From positions 4,172 to 68,171 of the forward strand of contig DIVY01000010.1 in NCBI GenBank assembly GCA_002422535.1: a stretch of 64,000 nucleotides of DNA. Reading direction: 5' to 3'. How positions within the stretch are numbered: the first letter of the stretch is position 1; every line of letters starts with the position of its first letter. A program made the position numbers and the translations under genes. Shown here piece by piece: positions 1 to 9,705 of this stretch. This stretch comes from Bacillales bacterium UBA6120. Lineage in GTDB: Bacteria; Bacillota_I; Bacilli_A; RFN20; CAG-826. The notes beneath the pieces are model-generated. The model did no database searches and was not told where the DNA came from. It worked only from the letters and a program-made list of their open reading frames with translations.

Positions 1-1
1 G

Positions 2-400
2 CGCGAGCAGCATATTCGCCGCGATAAGGCCAATAGTAATATTTGTTCCAACCAATCGCTATTAGCGCTTCAAGCGATGATTTATGCCGCGACGATGGGA
101 AAACAAGGACTCATACAAGTGGCCATGGGGACAATTAAGGCGACTCGTTATTTATTTAACTTGCTAATCGGCACAACATTATTTACCCCTGTGTTTAAGG
201 CTCCTTTCGCATTTGAAGTCACACTCGATTATGTCGGCGATTTAGGCAAACTTAATTCGCACCTTGAAAACCGAGGGTACCTCGGACCGATGCCGCTTAG
301 TGAGCATCGAGGCGTGTTTTACGCAAGCGAAAAGCAAACGAAACAAACGCTCGATGATTTTGTGGCCATCATTAAGGAGATCGACCATGAAATACGATAA
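2..400 (+). CDS. gcvPA: Glycine dehydrogenase (decarboxylating) subunit 1, C-terminal fragment; the 5' end lies outside the window
   Basis: Open frame with no stop runs from the window edge to 400. The C-terminal sequence resembles the GcvPA tail. It is followed and overlapped by gcvPB, which is the typical gcvT-gcvPA-gcvPB order. Confidence 0.75.
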   Translation, partial: REQHIRRDKANSNICSNQSLLALQAMIYAATMGKQGLIQVAMGTIKATRYLFNLLIGTTLFTPVFKAPFAFEVTLDYVGDLGKLNSHLENRGYLGPMPLSEHRGVFYASEKQTKQTLDDFVAIIKEIDHEIR

Positions 401-1841
401 GTTAATTTACGAATTATCAGTACCTGGTCGGATCGGATATACCTTGCCCGACCAACAGCTTGATGATCTTGCGATTGAATCAATATATGATTCCGCTTTA
501 CTTCGCTTTGAGTCATTAAATCTACCGGAAGTGTCCGAGTTTGATGTAGTTCGTCATTATACCAACATTTCCAAACTTAACTTTGGCGTGGAAACTGGTT
601 TTTATCCTTTAGGATCCTGCACGATGAAGTACAATCCAAAAATCAATGATGAAATCGCTTCTTTGCCGGGATTTAAGAATATTCATCCCCAGCAATCGAA
701 GGGCTCGATTCAACCTTTGTTGAAGTTATATTACGAGTTACAGACGATGCTATCCCATATCGCGGGAATGGATGAAACATCCCTAAATCCCTTTGCGGGC
801 GCTCATGGTGAGCTTACGGGTCTCATGATTATGAAAGCCTACCATGAACGAAGGGGCGACACGCGACGGACTAAAGTAATTATTCCTGATAGCGCTCATG
901 GCACTAATCCCGCTTCCGCGGCGATGCTCGGGTTTGAATGCGTTACGATTAAATCAACCGCACAGGGGTTAATCGACCTTTCAACTTTAAAAGAACATCT
1001 AGGCGCTGATGTGGCTGGAATCATGCTCACCAATCCGAACACGCTGGGCTTATTTGAAACCGATATTTGTGAAATTAGCAAGTTGGTCCATGAAGCGGGC
1101 GGATTACTATATTATGATGGCGCGAATTTGAATGCCTTACTTGGCATTGCACGGCCTGGGGATATGGGGTTTGATATTATGCATATGAATCTCCATAAAA
1201 CATTTTCGACTCCCCATGGAGGCGGTGGTCCGGGAAGTGGCCCAGTTAGTGTCAAGCGCTATTTAGCGCCCCTACTTCCTAACCCGCGGATCGTGAAAGA
1301 TGGCAATCAATATGTAGTAAAAACGCTTGATGATGCCATTGGCCAAATTGGTGGTTTCTATGGAAACTTCCTTGTCTATGTCCGCGCCTATGCGTACTTA
1401 AAGTCGATGGGAAATGCCCTTAGTTCGATTGGTCCGCTGGCCGTCCTTAACGCAAATTATGTTAAAGAAAAGTTAAAAGACTTGTATCGATTGCCTATCG
1501 AAGCCAGCTATATGCATGAATTTGTGTTTAATGGACTGATTGACCAATCCACGGGAGTTAAGACGCTCGATATCGCCAAGCGACTGCTGGACTTTAACGT
1601 GCATGCCCCAACGATTTACTTCCCGTTATTGTTTGATCAATCGATTATGATTGAACCGACCGAAGTCGAATCGAAGGATACCCTCGATAACTTTATTGCA
1701 CTTATGAGAAATATCGCTCATGAAGCCATTCATGAACCGGACTGCTTGAAACTGGCGCCACATTTCACACCGGTGGGTCGACTCGATGAAGTGACCGCGG
1801 CGCGTCATCCCATATTAAAGTATCAAGATTATGGCAAATAA
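387..1841 (+). CDS. gcvPB: Glycine dehydrogenase (decarboxylating) subunit 2 (P-protein beta, PLP-dependent)
   Basis: 484 aa from the ATG at 387, which has a GGAG Shine-Dalgarno. The translation [15 protein letters not shown]... matches GcvPB along its full length. The upstream extension to 264 in the ORF track is rejected. Confidence 0.9.
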   Translation: MKYDKLIYELSVPGRIGYTLPDQQLDDLAIESIYDSALLRFESLNLPEVSEFDVVRHYTNISKLNFGVETGFYPLGSCTMKYNPKINDEIASLPGFKNIHPQQSKGSIQPLLKLYYELQTMLSHIAGMDETSLNPFAGAHGELTGLMIMKAYHERRGDTRRTKVIIPDSAHGTNPASAAMLGFECVTIKSTAQGLIDLSTLKEHLGADVAGIMLTNPNTLGLFETDICEISKLVHEAGGLLYYDGANLNALLGIARPGDMGFDIMHMNLHKTFSTPHGGGGPGSGPVSVKRYLAPLLPNPRIVKDGNQYVVKTLDDAIGQIGGFYGNFLVYVRAYAYLKSMGNALSSIGPLAVLNANYVKEKLKDLYRLPIEASYMHEFVFNGLIDQSTGVKTLDIAKRLLDFNVHAPTIYFPLLFDQSIMIEPTEVESKDTLDNFIALMRNIAHEAIHEPDCLKLAPHFTPVGRLDEVTAARHPILKYQDYGK

Positions 1842-3039
1842 ATTCGATTACATTGTCATCGGCGCTGGCCCTGGCGGGACGGAAGCTGCCCTCACGATTA
1901 TCCACCAAGGTCAAAGTGTCGCCCTGATCGAAGCTGATAAATGGGGTGGCACTTGTCTGTTTCAAGGTTGCATTCCCACCAAGGCGCTGTTGCATGCGAG
2001 TAAAGACCCTTTAGTGGGCGATTTGCAGGGTTTATTCGCTAAAATATTTGGGCAAATCAATGCGATTTCGACAAATTTAAGGGCAAATCTCACGCGTTGG
2101 GGAGTCACCTTAATACAAGGGGTGGCCACTTTTGTTGATGCCAATCGCATTTCTGTCAATCGGGAAATTTATGAAGCTAAGCATCTAATTTTTGCAGGTG
2201 GCTCGAGCCCCATCAGTTTAAATATTCCGGGCATTGACTTTCCTAATATTTACAATAGCGAAACGATTTATTCGCTAACAGAAGTTCCATCACGATTGGC
2301 GATTATTGGTGGTGGTTACATTGGATTTGAATGGGCCAATATCTTTTCAAATTTTGGAAGCCAGGTAACGATTTATGAAGCGCTACCGCAGGTCCTTTCC
2401 GCATTTGATGATGATATCCGGCGGCGTCTATTAACTAGTTGGCGGACGCGGAGTGTGCGCATTGAAACTTCATCGCGGGTGAAGGCCTTTCATCAAGATG
2501 GACCCGCAGTCATTGTTGAAACCGATCAGATGGAGACATATGATGCCGTTTTGATAGCGATTGGCCGGCGGCCAAGTGATGCCGTTGTTCCCCCCGGTGT
2601 CGTCAAAATCGGCGATGCTAATGGTGCCCCATTACTAGCCCATAAAGCCAGTGCAGAGGGCAAGGCGATATTTACTGGTGATTTTTCACAAGTAATCATT
2701 CCCGCTGCCATGTTTACCGATCCCGAAATTGCCACGGTTGGGGCTTCTGAACAATCGTTAAAACAACAAGCTAGATCCTATAAAACATGTAAACTTCCTT
2801 ATCGTGCCAATAGCAAAGCGTATGTTACGGGAGTGGAAGAAGGATTTATCAAACTCATGACTGATGAAGATGGGCATTACCTGTTAGGGGCAGCAATCAT
2901 TGGTTATGAGGCATCAGATATTATTAATGTTTTAACGTTAGCAATTCAAGAAAAAATTCCAATCGCCAAATTAAAACGCCTGGTCTTCCCTCATCCAACA
3001 ATTGGCGAAGTGATTGCCCAAGCGCTTGATCTCATTTAA
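1831..3039 (+). CDS. Class-I pyridine nucleotide-disulfide oxidoreductase, dihydrolipoyl dehydrogenase-like. It is probably the L-protein partner of the glycine cleavage P-protein and is compact at 402 aa.
   Basis: N-terminal FAD motif GAGPGG. Redox-active disulfide GGTCLFQGCIPTK. NAD-binding motif GGGYIGFE. C-terminal interface motif HPTIGE. The start overlaps the gcvPB stop. Confidence 0.75.
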   Translation: MANKFDYIVIGAGPGGTEAALTIIHQGQSVALIEADKWGGTCLFQGCIPTKALLHASKDPLVGDLQGLFAKIFGQINAISTNLRANLTRWGVTLIQGVATFVDANRISVNREIYEAKHLIFAGGSSPISLNIPGIDFPNIYNSETIYSLTEVPSRLAIIGGGYIGFEWANIFSNFGSQVTIYEALPQVLSAFDDDIRRRLLTSWRTRSVRIETSSRVKAFHQDGPAVIVETDQMETYDAVLIAIGRRPSDAVVPPGVVKIGDANGAPLLAHKASAEGKAIFTGDFSQVIIPAAMFTDPEIATVGASEQSLKQQARSYKTCKLPYRANSKAYVTGVEEGFIKLMTDEDGHYLLGAAIIGYEASDIINVLTLAIQEKIPIAKLKRLVFPHPTIGEVIAQALDLI

Positions 3040-3066
3040 GAAAAACGGCCTGAGGCCGTTTTATTT
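3040..3066. terminator. Bidirectional intrinsic terminator between the convergent lpd-like and rplT genes
   Basis: Hairpin AACGGCC-TGAG-GGCCGTT flanked by an A-run and a T-run. Confidence 0.75.
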
Positions 3067-3420
3067 TTGAATTTGTTTTTTAGCGTTATCAACGAGTTTT
3101 TGGAAATTACCAAAGTCGTTAATCGCCATTTCTGATAGCATTTTTCGGTTGATGGAAATATTGGCTAACCGTAAGCCGTGCATCATTTGGCTATAGGAAA
3201 TATCGCACATTCTGCAAGCGGCATTAATGCGTTTAATCCATAATTTACGGAAGTCGGATTTGACTTTGCGGCGATCGTTATAAGCATATTGCAATGAATG
3301 CATGACTTGCTCTTTGGCTGTCTTAAATAATAAGTGTTTGCTGCCAAAGTAACCGCTAGCTTGTTTCAATACTTTCTTGCGTCGTTGACGGGTGACGCTG
3401 CCACCTTTTACACGTGCCAT
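3061..3420 (-). CDS. rplT: 50S ribosomal protein L20
   Basis: 119 aa, MARVKGG...RQRRKK..., the canonical L20 sequence. It is the last gene of the infC-rpmI-rplT operon. Confidence 0.97.
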   Translation of the reverse strand: MARVKGGSVTRQRRKKVLKQASGYFGSKHLLFKTAKEQVMHSLQYAYNDRRKVKSDFRKLWIKRINAACRMCDISYSQMMHGLRLANISINRKMLSEMAINDFGNFQKLVDNAKKQIQK

Positions 3421-3432
3421 GTGCTCGTCCTC

Positions 3433-3627
3433 CTATTGCGAAATCAAGACGCGAATGCGTTTGACATCGGAATTGTGCATTTGACCGCCTTTGCGTAAAT
3501 GCCGTTTTTGCTTCGTAGTCTTATTGGGTGCTAAATGGCCGGTATAGGCTGATTTATGCATGATTTTACCACTTTTGGTAATCTTGATACGCTTCATTAA
3601 AGCGCGTTTGCTTTTCATTTTTGGCAT
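3433..3627 (-). CDS. rpmI: 50S ribosomal protein L35
   Basis: 64 aa, MPKMKSKRALMKR..., the canonical L35 sequence. Confidence 0.95.
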   Translation of the reverse strand: MPKMKSKRALMKRIKITKSGKIMHKSAYTGHLAPNKTTKQKRHLRKGGQMHNSDVKRIRVLISQ

Positions 3628-3637
3628 GATATTTCCT

Positions 3638-4186
3638 CTATTTCTTGACTTTACTAGCTAATATGGCAATCAATAATTTTCCTTCAAGCAATGGTCTTTT
3701 TTCAACGGTCGCGAGATCTTCAACCATCGCGATGAATTTCTCCATTGTGTCCACGCCATTTTCTTGATGTGCCAATTGGCGACCACGGTAGCGGAGCGCG
3801 ACTTTCACCTTATTACCATCTTCTAAGAAGCCACGGGCTCCCTTGACCTTGACTTGTAAGTCGTGATCACCGATTTGTGGTGTTAGTTGAACTTCCTTAA
3901 TTCCGACAACATGTTGGTTTTTCTTCGCTTCGCGTTGTTTTTTTTGCATTTCAAAGCGATGTTTACCATAATCGAGAATTTTGCATACGGGTGGGTTGGC
4001 ATTGGGGGCCACGCATAAGAGATCGAGATTTTCATCGGCCGCGGCTTTTAAAGCGGCGTCGCGGTTCATGATGCCGAGTTGTTGCCCTTGGGGCCCAATT
4101 ACTAACATCTTGGGAAAACGAATTATTTCGTTGACCAGATCGGTATTTTTGGAATTAGGCCGCACAGGAATGTTGATATAAGCTAT
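3638..4186 (-). CDS. infC: Translation initiation factor IF-3
   Basis: Strong full-length IF3 similarity (LVNEIIR...VIGPQGQQLGI...LDLLCVAPNANPPVCKILDYGK...). There is no in-frame AUG. The ORF track uses GTG at 4165, but the GGAGGAG Shine-Dalgarno at 4193-4199 sits 6 nt from an in-frame ATA at 4186-4184 and 27 nt from the GTG. IF3 genes classically start at AUU or AUA. The exact start is uncertain. Confidence 0.9.
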   Translation of the reverse strand: MAYINIPVRPNSKNTDLVNEIIRFPKMLVIGPQGQQLGIMNRDAALKAAADENLDLLCVAPNANPPVCKILDYGKHRFEMQKKQREAKKNQHVVGIKEVQLTPQIGDHDLQVKVKGARGFLEDGNKVKVALRYRGRQLAHQENGVDTMEKFIAMVEDLATVEKRPLLEGKLLIAILASKVKK

Positions 4187-4319
4187 AAAGGTCTCCTCCT
4201 TGCTAATAAAAAACGGACGCGTGGGCGCCCGTTGTTAATAGTGTCGACTAGCTATTTACCTATTCGGAATCCGAATCAGGTGAGAAGGGGCGCTTCTGCT
4301 TTCTATTTATTGCTTATAA
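4187..4319 (-). promoter_or_regulatory. infC operon 5' leader with a terminator-like hairpin directly upstream of the Shine-Dalgarno; candidate L20-responsive attenuator
   Basis: On the minus strand the RNA forms ACGGGCGC-CCAC-GCGUCCGU followed by UUUUUAUU (plus 4205-4232). This lies between the promoter and the infC Shine-Dalgarno, as in the B. subtilis infC leader. Confidence 0.55.
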
Positions 4320-4348
4320 ATGATAACAAGATGTTTAGTTGCTGTCAA
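4320..4348 (-). promoter_or_regulatory. Sigma-A-like promoter for infC-rpmI-rplT
   Basis: Minus strand reads TTGACA, 17 nt, TATCAT. It lies immediately after the thrS stop. Confidence 0.6.
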
Positions 4349-6268
4349 TCATTTTATCTTAATAGGATGGAGACTGCGCGCGCTTGCTTCGATCCTTAAT
4401 CCAGCGATTAATTCGTCGATGCCAAACGAAGATTGCTGCTCACTTCCATAACGCCGCGCCATGACTGAAGTGGCCGCCACTTCCTTATCGCCAATCACTA
4501 AGGTGACGGGTACTTTCTGGATTTGAGCAAGGCGGAGGCGATAGCCAAGTTTTTCACCGCTATCGTCGATTTGAACCCGCAATCCAGCATTAGCAAGTTG
4601 TTCGGCGATTTTCTTTGTGTAATCAAGGTGCATTTCTTGTTGGACCGGAAGCAAGATTACTTGGACGGGAGCCAACCAAAGCGGGAAGGCGCCGCCAAAA
4701 TGTTCAATTAAGATGCCAATAAAGCGTTCAAGGCTCCCATAAATGGCCCGATGGAGCATGATGGGGCGGACCTTTTCATTGTTCTCATTAATATAAGTTA
4801 AATCGAAACGTTCGGGCAAATTCATATCGAGTTGAATCGTACCGCATTGCCAAACACGATTCATCGAATCCTTGAGTTTAAAGTCAAGTTTTGGCCCATA
4901 AAAAGCACCATCGCCGGGATTAATGGTAAATTCCTTGCCAATTGAGCGACAAGCTTCCGAAAGCGCCGCTTCCGACCGATCCCAAATATCCGGCGACCCG
5001 ATATAATCTTTTTCGGGACGCGTTGAAAGGTAGATATCGTACTTTAGGTCGAACATATCATAGAAGAAGTCAAACAAATGCAATAAGCGCACGACTTCGC
5101 TAATAAGTTGATCGGGACGGCAGTAGATATGGGCGTCGTCTTGTGTGAAATTACGGACGCGAAATAAACCACTTAAGGCGCCACTGGCTTCATGGCGGTG
5201 CACGAGTCCTAATTCGCCGACACGAAGTGGCAAATCCTTATATGAATGGAGGCTGTTCTTATATACAAGCATGCCACCAGGGCAATTCATCGGTTTAATG
5301 GCGAAATCTTTATTTTCAATCGAAGAGATGTACATGTTTTGGCGGTAGTTATACCAGTGCCCGCTTATTTCCCATAATTCTTTGGAAAGCATAATTGGGG
5401 TTTCCACAAAGGTGTAGCCTTCTTTGCGGTGCACTTCATACCAAAACCGTTCCAAAATTGTTTTTAAGGTTAGTCCTTTATCGAGCCAGAACGGAAAACC
5501 TGGACCATATTCAGAAATCATAAATAGCCCTAACTCACGACCAAGGCGGCGGTGATCGCGCAGTTTGCGTTGTTCCAGCAATTCGAGATGTTGTTCAAGC
5601 GCTTCTTTTGAAAAGAAAGCTGTTCCGTAAAGCCGCGTTAATTGCTTATTATCGCTATTACCACGCCAATAGGCACCAGCAATTGACAACAGTTTGAAAT
5701 GCTTGACATAACCGGTACTTGGCAAATGGGGGCCGGAGCATAAATCGATAAAATCACCTTGGCGATAGATGCTGATGGGCGAAAGAATTTCTTTGATAAG
5801 TTCAACTTTATATTCATTGTCTTTAAATAGTTCGAGCGCCTCTGCACGGCTTACTTCTTGACGCGTTAAAGGTAAATTGGCTTGTGATAAGCGTTTCATC
5901 TCGCGTTCGATTTTTTCAAAGTCGGCGTCGCTAATCGTCACGGGACTATCGACATCATAATAAAAACCTTCTTCGATACTGGGACCAAAGCCGAATTTGA
6001 TGCCGGGATACAAGTTTTGCAGCGCTTGGGCCATAAGGTGGGAGGCATCGTGGCGCAGCATGTCGAGTGCTACCCCATCCGTTTCATCAATAAAGGCGAG
6101 GTTACCATCTTCAAAAATGGGAGCTCGCATATCAAAAAGTTGACCATTCAAGCGGTAGGCCAAGCATTTTTTGGCAAAGCCCGGGCTCATTAATTTGGCG
6201 ACGTCAAAACCTGTCAACCCTTGCTCAATTTGTAATTTTTTTCCGTCCGGTAATTCGATCTTTAGCAT
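4349..6268 (-). CDS. thrS: Threonyl-tRNA synthetase
   Basis: 639 aa with full-length ThrRS similarity: TGS/N-terminal domain, class II core and C-terminal anticodon-binding domain. AGGGGGA Shine-Dalgarno. Confidence 0.97.
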   Translation of the reverse strand: MLKIELPDGKKLQIEQGLTGFDVAKLMSPGFAKKCLAYRLNGQLFDMRAPIFEDGNLAFIDETDGVALDMLRHDASHLMAQALQNLYPGIKFGFGPSIEEGFYYDVDSPVTISDADFEKIEREMKRLSQANLPLTRQEVSRAEALELFKDNEYKVELIKEILSPISIYRQGDFIDLCSGPHLPSTGYVKHFKLLSIAGAYWRGNSDNKQLTRLYGTAFFSKEALEQHLELLEQRKLRDHRRLGRELGLFMISEYGPGFPFWLDKGLTLKTILERFWYEVHRKEGYTFVETPIMLSKELWEISGHWYNYRQNMYISSIENKDFAIKPMNCPGGMLVYKNSLHSYKDLPLRVGELGLVHRHEASGALSGLFRVRNFTQDDAHIYCRPDQLISEVVRLLHLFDFFYDMFDLKYDIYLSTRPEKDYIGSPDIWDRSEAALSEACRSIGKEFTINPGDGAFYGPKLDFKLKDSMNRVWQCGTIQLDMNLPERFDLTYINENNEKVRPIMLHRAIYGSLERFIGILIEHFGGAFPLWLAPVQVILLPVQQEMHLDYTKKIAEQLANAGLRVQIDDSGEKLGYRLRLAQIQKVPVTLVIGDKEVAATSVMARRYGSEQQSSFGIDELIAGLRIEASARSLHPIKIK

Positions 6269-6495
6269 AATTATTTCCCCCTAAATATAAAAGCGTCCTT
6301 GCTAAGGACGCGATCGCGCGGTACCACCTTAATTTACATCGTGTGATGTACTCTCGATTGTGTTAACGCCACAATGACGGTGAACTCTTCGTTCACTGCT
6401 CCGAAGTGGTACTTGTCAGCCATCGTTAGGATCCTCCCACCAATTGATCCCTCGCTAGTAACTTATGACGTCAAGCGTGTCTTCATCAACGCATT
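6269..6495 (-). promoter_or_regulatory. T-box leader (tRNA-sensing riboswitch) for thrS
   Basis: Minus strand contains AAUUAAGGUGGUACCGCGCG, the conserved T-box sequence. This is followed by terminator hairpin CGCGUCCUUAGCAAGGACGC, a U-run and the AGGGGGA Shine-Dalgarno. A GAUGAAG motif sits at the base of stem I. Candidate Thr specifier codons are ACU or ACC. Confidence 0.85.
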
Positions 6496-6499
6496 TAAT

Positions 6500-6527
6500 A
6501 TTATAAGCCAATTGGTTTAATTGTCAA
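6500..6527 (-). promoter_or_regulatory. Sigma-A consensus promoter for the thrS leader
   Basis: Minus strand reads TTGACA, 17 nt, TATAAT, a perfect consensus. It overlaps the 3' end of degV. Confidence 0.7.
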
Positions 6528-7384
6528 ATTGTGGCACCGACTTTTAAATTAAAGCCAAAGCCGACGGTTCCAGGACCAGTATGGGCACATACGTTAATGG
6601 ATAAAGGTCTTAGATGGATGTCAAATCCCGGGAAATGTCGTTCGAGGAAGTGATACATTAATTCGATGTTAGCGGCCGAGGTATCGAACTGCAGAATGTC
6701 GATGCTGTATTTGCTGGCATCGTAATTCTTTTTCTTCAATTCCACAAGTTCGTCCTCAATTGCTTTTTTTATGTGGCGCGTGGCCCCTTTTTTGCCAATT
6801 TCGCCATTTTCAAACGATAAAATAGGTTTGAGACCGATGAAGTTGCCAATGGCCGCCACAGCCGGAGACACCCGGCCACCGTTTTTAAGGAACGTTAAAG
6901 ATTCGGGGATAAAAATCACGAATTCCGAGCAAATTCTTGGTGTAATTTTTTCCTTTATTTCCAAGGCCGAGAACCCTTCATCGCGATATTTCAAAGCTTC
7001 AAGTACATGATTGGCCATAAACGAGCAAACGGCCAAAGAATCAATGACGAGGACTTTGTCGCCATATTTTTCTTTGCAGGTGACGGTGAATAGCTCAAAC
7101 ATCGAGGAAAGCTTACTTGAAATGGTAAAATGGACGACTTGCTCATATCCTTGGGCGAAAATAGCGTCAAAGAAAGTCTCGATTTCAAATGGTGTTGGGG
7201 TCGAGGTGGAAATGTGACTTCCTGCCCGCATAAATGTGGCGAGCTCTTCTTTGGAAATGTCGATATCATCGTGGTATTCTTTGCTATCGACGATAACGTT
7301 AAGCGGTAAAACGAAGATGCCAATTTCTTTAGATTCGGTTTGGGAGATTGATAATGTCGAGTCGGAACTAATGGCGATTTTCAT
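6524..7384 (-). CDS. DegV family fatty-acid-binding protein
   Basis: 286 aa, MKIAISSDSTLSI..., DegV/DUF194 fold pattern along the whole length. Confidence 0.85.
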   Translation of the reverse strand: MKIAISSDSTLSISQTESKEIGIFVLPLNVIVDSKEYHDDIDISKEELATFMRAGSHISTSTPTPFEIETFFDAIFAQGYEQVVHFTISSKLSSMFELFTVTCKEKYGDKVLVIDSLAVCSFMANHVLEALKYRDEGFSALEIKEKITPRICSEFVIFIPESLTFLKNGGRVSPAVAAIGNFIGLKPILSFENGEIGKKGATRHIKKAIEDELVELKKKNYDASKYSIDILQFDTSAANIELMYHFLERHFPGFDIHLRPLSINVCAHTGPGTVGFGFNLKVGATI

Positions 7385-8253
7385 GAGGTTACTCCTTGAG
7401 GTGTTTTGTTGTTAACAGATAAGAATTGGAACGCAAGCGAGGTGGCGCCCATAAGCCCGGCGTCATCTCCAAATTCAGCTGGGCGCAGATTCCCGCCTTT
7501 TACCCGGGTTGTGAGCTTTTCGAGAAAGATATCTTTTGATTTCATCACGCCTCCCGCTATAGCAATGATATCAGGTTCAAATTGATGTTGCACTAAATTC
7601 AAAAAAGCGCTCATTAAATCGAGCCAATCATTGAAGATGGCTTGGGCTTGAATATTTCCCGAATTGACGAGACTAAAGAAAAGACTCGAAGCTTGAACAG
7701 GCAGATTGTTTAGGGCACATAAATTGATAATACCCGTGCCGGAAGCGATTTGCTCGAGTTCATAATATCCATTTTTATAAGGGAAAAGCGTATGGCCAAT
7801 TTCATCGTTTGAATATTGAAGTTGATGATTGACGACAAGGGCACCCCCGATTCCAGTGGAAATCGTAATAAAATAAGTGCGTTTGAAATGTTTGCCAACG
7901 CCTAAATTGGCTTCCGCTAAAGCAGCGACGGCGGCATCATTTTTGACAAATACCGGCTTTTGATATTTCTTTGTTAGAAATGAGGCTAACGGAATCTCTT
8001 TGATCTTGATATTTGGCAGGGTGGTAATAAACCCCTCGTCATCGACCCGTCCAGGGACGCCAATCGAAATGGCGGATACATCGTCCATATTCACTTGCAA
8101 CGCACCGATTATTGAGGCCACCTGATTAAGAAAAGCCGTTTTATCTCCAACGATGGTGGGAAAACGCATCACCTTATTAATGCGATAAAGCTCATCGACA
8201 AGGGCAATTCGCATATTAGTGCCACCAATATCCATGGAAATCACTTGCTTCAT
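7381..8253 (-). CDS. glcK: ROK family sugar kinase, probably glucokinase
   Basis: 290 aa, N-terminal DIGGTNMRIALVD ATP-binding motif of the ROK/glucokinase family. It lies next to pyk and pfkA. Confidence 0.8.
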   Translation of the reverse strand: MKQVISMDIGGTNMRIALVDELYRINKVMRFPTIVGDKTAFLNQVASIIGALQVNMDDVSAISIGVPGRVDDEGFITTLPNIKIKEIPLASFLTKKYQKPVFVKNDAAVAALAEANLGVGKHFKRTYFITISTGIGGALVVNHQLQYSNDEIGHTLFPYKNGYYELEQIASGTGIINLCALNNLPVQASSLFFSLVNSGNIQAQAIFNDWLDLMSAFLNLVQHQFEPDIIAIAGGVMKSKDIFLEKLTTRVKGGNLRPAEFGDDAGLMGATSLAFQFLSVNNKTPQGVTS

Positions 8254-9704
8254 AAAGTCTCGCCCCGTAATTTGTTGAGCGTTAATATTTTCATGAAGTT
8301 CGTTTTACCAGCACCAGTCGGGACGCCACCTGTCAAGATAATTGTGGAACCAGGAGCAAGGCCAAGTTGCCGTGCTTTAAGTAGGGCGAGGACTTCCATG
8401 TCTTCAATTAACTGAGGCAGATGTGGCGCTAAGAAGGCATAAGCACCCCAAACTAATCCAAGTTCCAATACGGTCTTCCGGGAATCAGAAATGGCGATTA
8501 TCGGGCACACCGGACGCGCTTTAGAGATGCGACGCACGGCATTACCTGTTTCCGTGAAGCACACGATTAAGGCCGCATCGATCAATAAAGCGGTATTCGC
8601 CACCGAATTGGCGATGGCATCAGAATTTATCTTTTGGCTACTTTCGTAGGCTTCCAGCGCAAGTTTTCCATAATCGAGTTCGCACTCCATCGTGGTAGCG
8701 ATTTTGGATTGCATCGTGACGGCTTCAAGCGGATAAGTTCCGGATGCCGATTCGGCTGAAAGCATGATGGCGTCGGTGCTTTCGATGATGGCATTGGCTA
8801 CGTCGCTTACTTCGGCTCGCGTGGGCCGGGGATGTGTTTGCATGGAATCGAGCATTTGCGTTGCCGTAATGACGGGCTTCCCAACTCTACGGCACATGGC
8901 CACAATATGCTTTTGAACAATTGGAACGCGTTCGGCTGGAATTTCCACACCTAAATCGCCGCGGGCCACCATAATGCCATCGGCAACTCCTAAAATCGCT
9001 TCGAGGTTTTCGACGCCTTCTGGGTTTTCAATTTTAGCGATGATGGGGATCGGTTGCCCGCCCAATCGTTTGATGGTTTCTTTGATATCGATTACATCTT
9101 GGGGACGCCGCGTGAAACTCGCGGCAATGTAATCGACTTTGTGGGCGACGCCAAACGCTAAGTCTTCCTCGTCTTTTTTAGAGATAAAGGGCATTGAAAG
9201 GCGCGCAAACGGAGCATTAACTCCCTTTCGGCTTTTGAGCCGATGGGCATTTAAAGCGATGACGAGTAGTTCTCGTGTTTGATGATTCTTTTTGATGATT
9301 TCAAAGTCAAGGTTACCATCATCAATTTTAAGATGATCGCCAAGCTTAACATCGTCGAATAATCCCGAATAAGTGACCGATATCCGCTCAAGATTCCCTA
9401 AAACAGGTTCCATCGATATCGTCAATGTATGGCCTTTGGGAATATCGATAGCATCGTTTTCTAATAAGCCTAAGCGGATTTCTGGTCCCCGTGTATCGAG
9501 CATAACTGGTATATAAATACCGGTATCTTTTTCAAGACGCCGCGCCAGTTCGATTTTTGCCAAATGTCCCGCATAATCGCCATGCGAGAAATTTAAACGC
9601 ATAACATTCATACCAGCTTTTAAAAGTGAGAGTAACATCTCATATGTATCAGAGGCTGGTCCGATTGTGGCGACGATTTTTGTTTTTTTGGAAATATTTA
9701 GCAT
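8250..9704 (-). CDS. pyk: Pyruvate kinase
   Basis: 484 aa, KIVATIGPAS...MLDTRGPEIR..., classic pyruvate kinase. The start overlaps the pfkA end region, the pfkA-pyk operon. Confidence 0.95.
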   Translation of the reverse strand: MLNISKKTKIVATIGPASDTYEMLLSLLKAGMNVMRLNFSHGDYAGHLAKIELARRLEKDTGIYIPVMLDTRGPEIRLGLLENDAIDIPKGHTLTISMEPVLGNLERISVTYSGLFDDVKLGDHLKIDDGNLDFEIIKKNHQTRELLVIALNAHRLKSRKGVNAPFARLSMPFISKKDEEDLAFGVAHKVDYIAASFTRRPQDVIDIKETIKRLGGQPIPIIAKIENPEGVENLEAILGVADGIMVARGDLGVEIPAERVPIVQKHIVAMCRRVGKPVITATQMLDSMQTHPRPTRAEVSDVANAIIESTDAIMLSAESASGTYPLEAVTMQSKIATTMECELDYGKLALEAYESSQKINSDAIANSVANTALLIDAALIVCFTETGNAVRRISKARPVCPIIAISDSRKTVLELGLVWGAYAFLAPHLPQLIEDMEVLALLKARQLGLAPGSTIILTGGVPTGAGKTNFMKILTLNKLRGETL

Positions 9705-9705
9705 A

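Noticed and set aside
264-386. Upstream in-frame extension of gcvPB (ORF-track start 264)
   Set aside because: The extension overlaps gcvPA in another frame. A GGAG Shine-Dalgarno and conserved GcvPB N-terminus begin at the ATG at 387.
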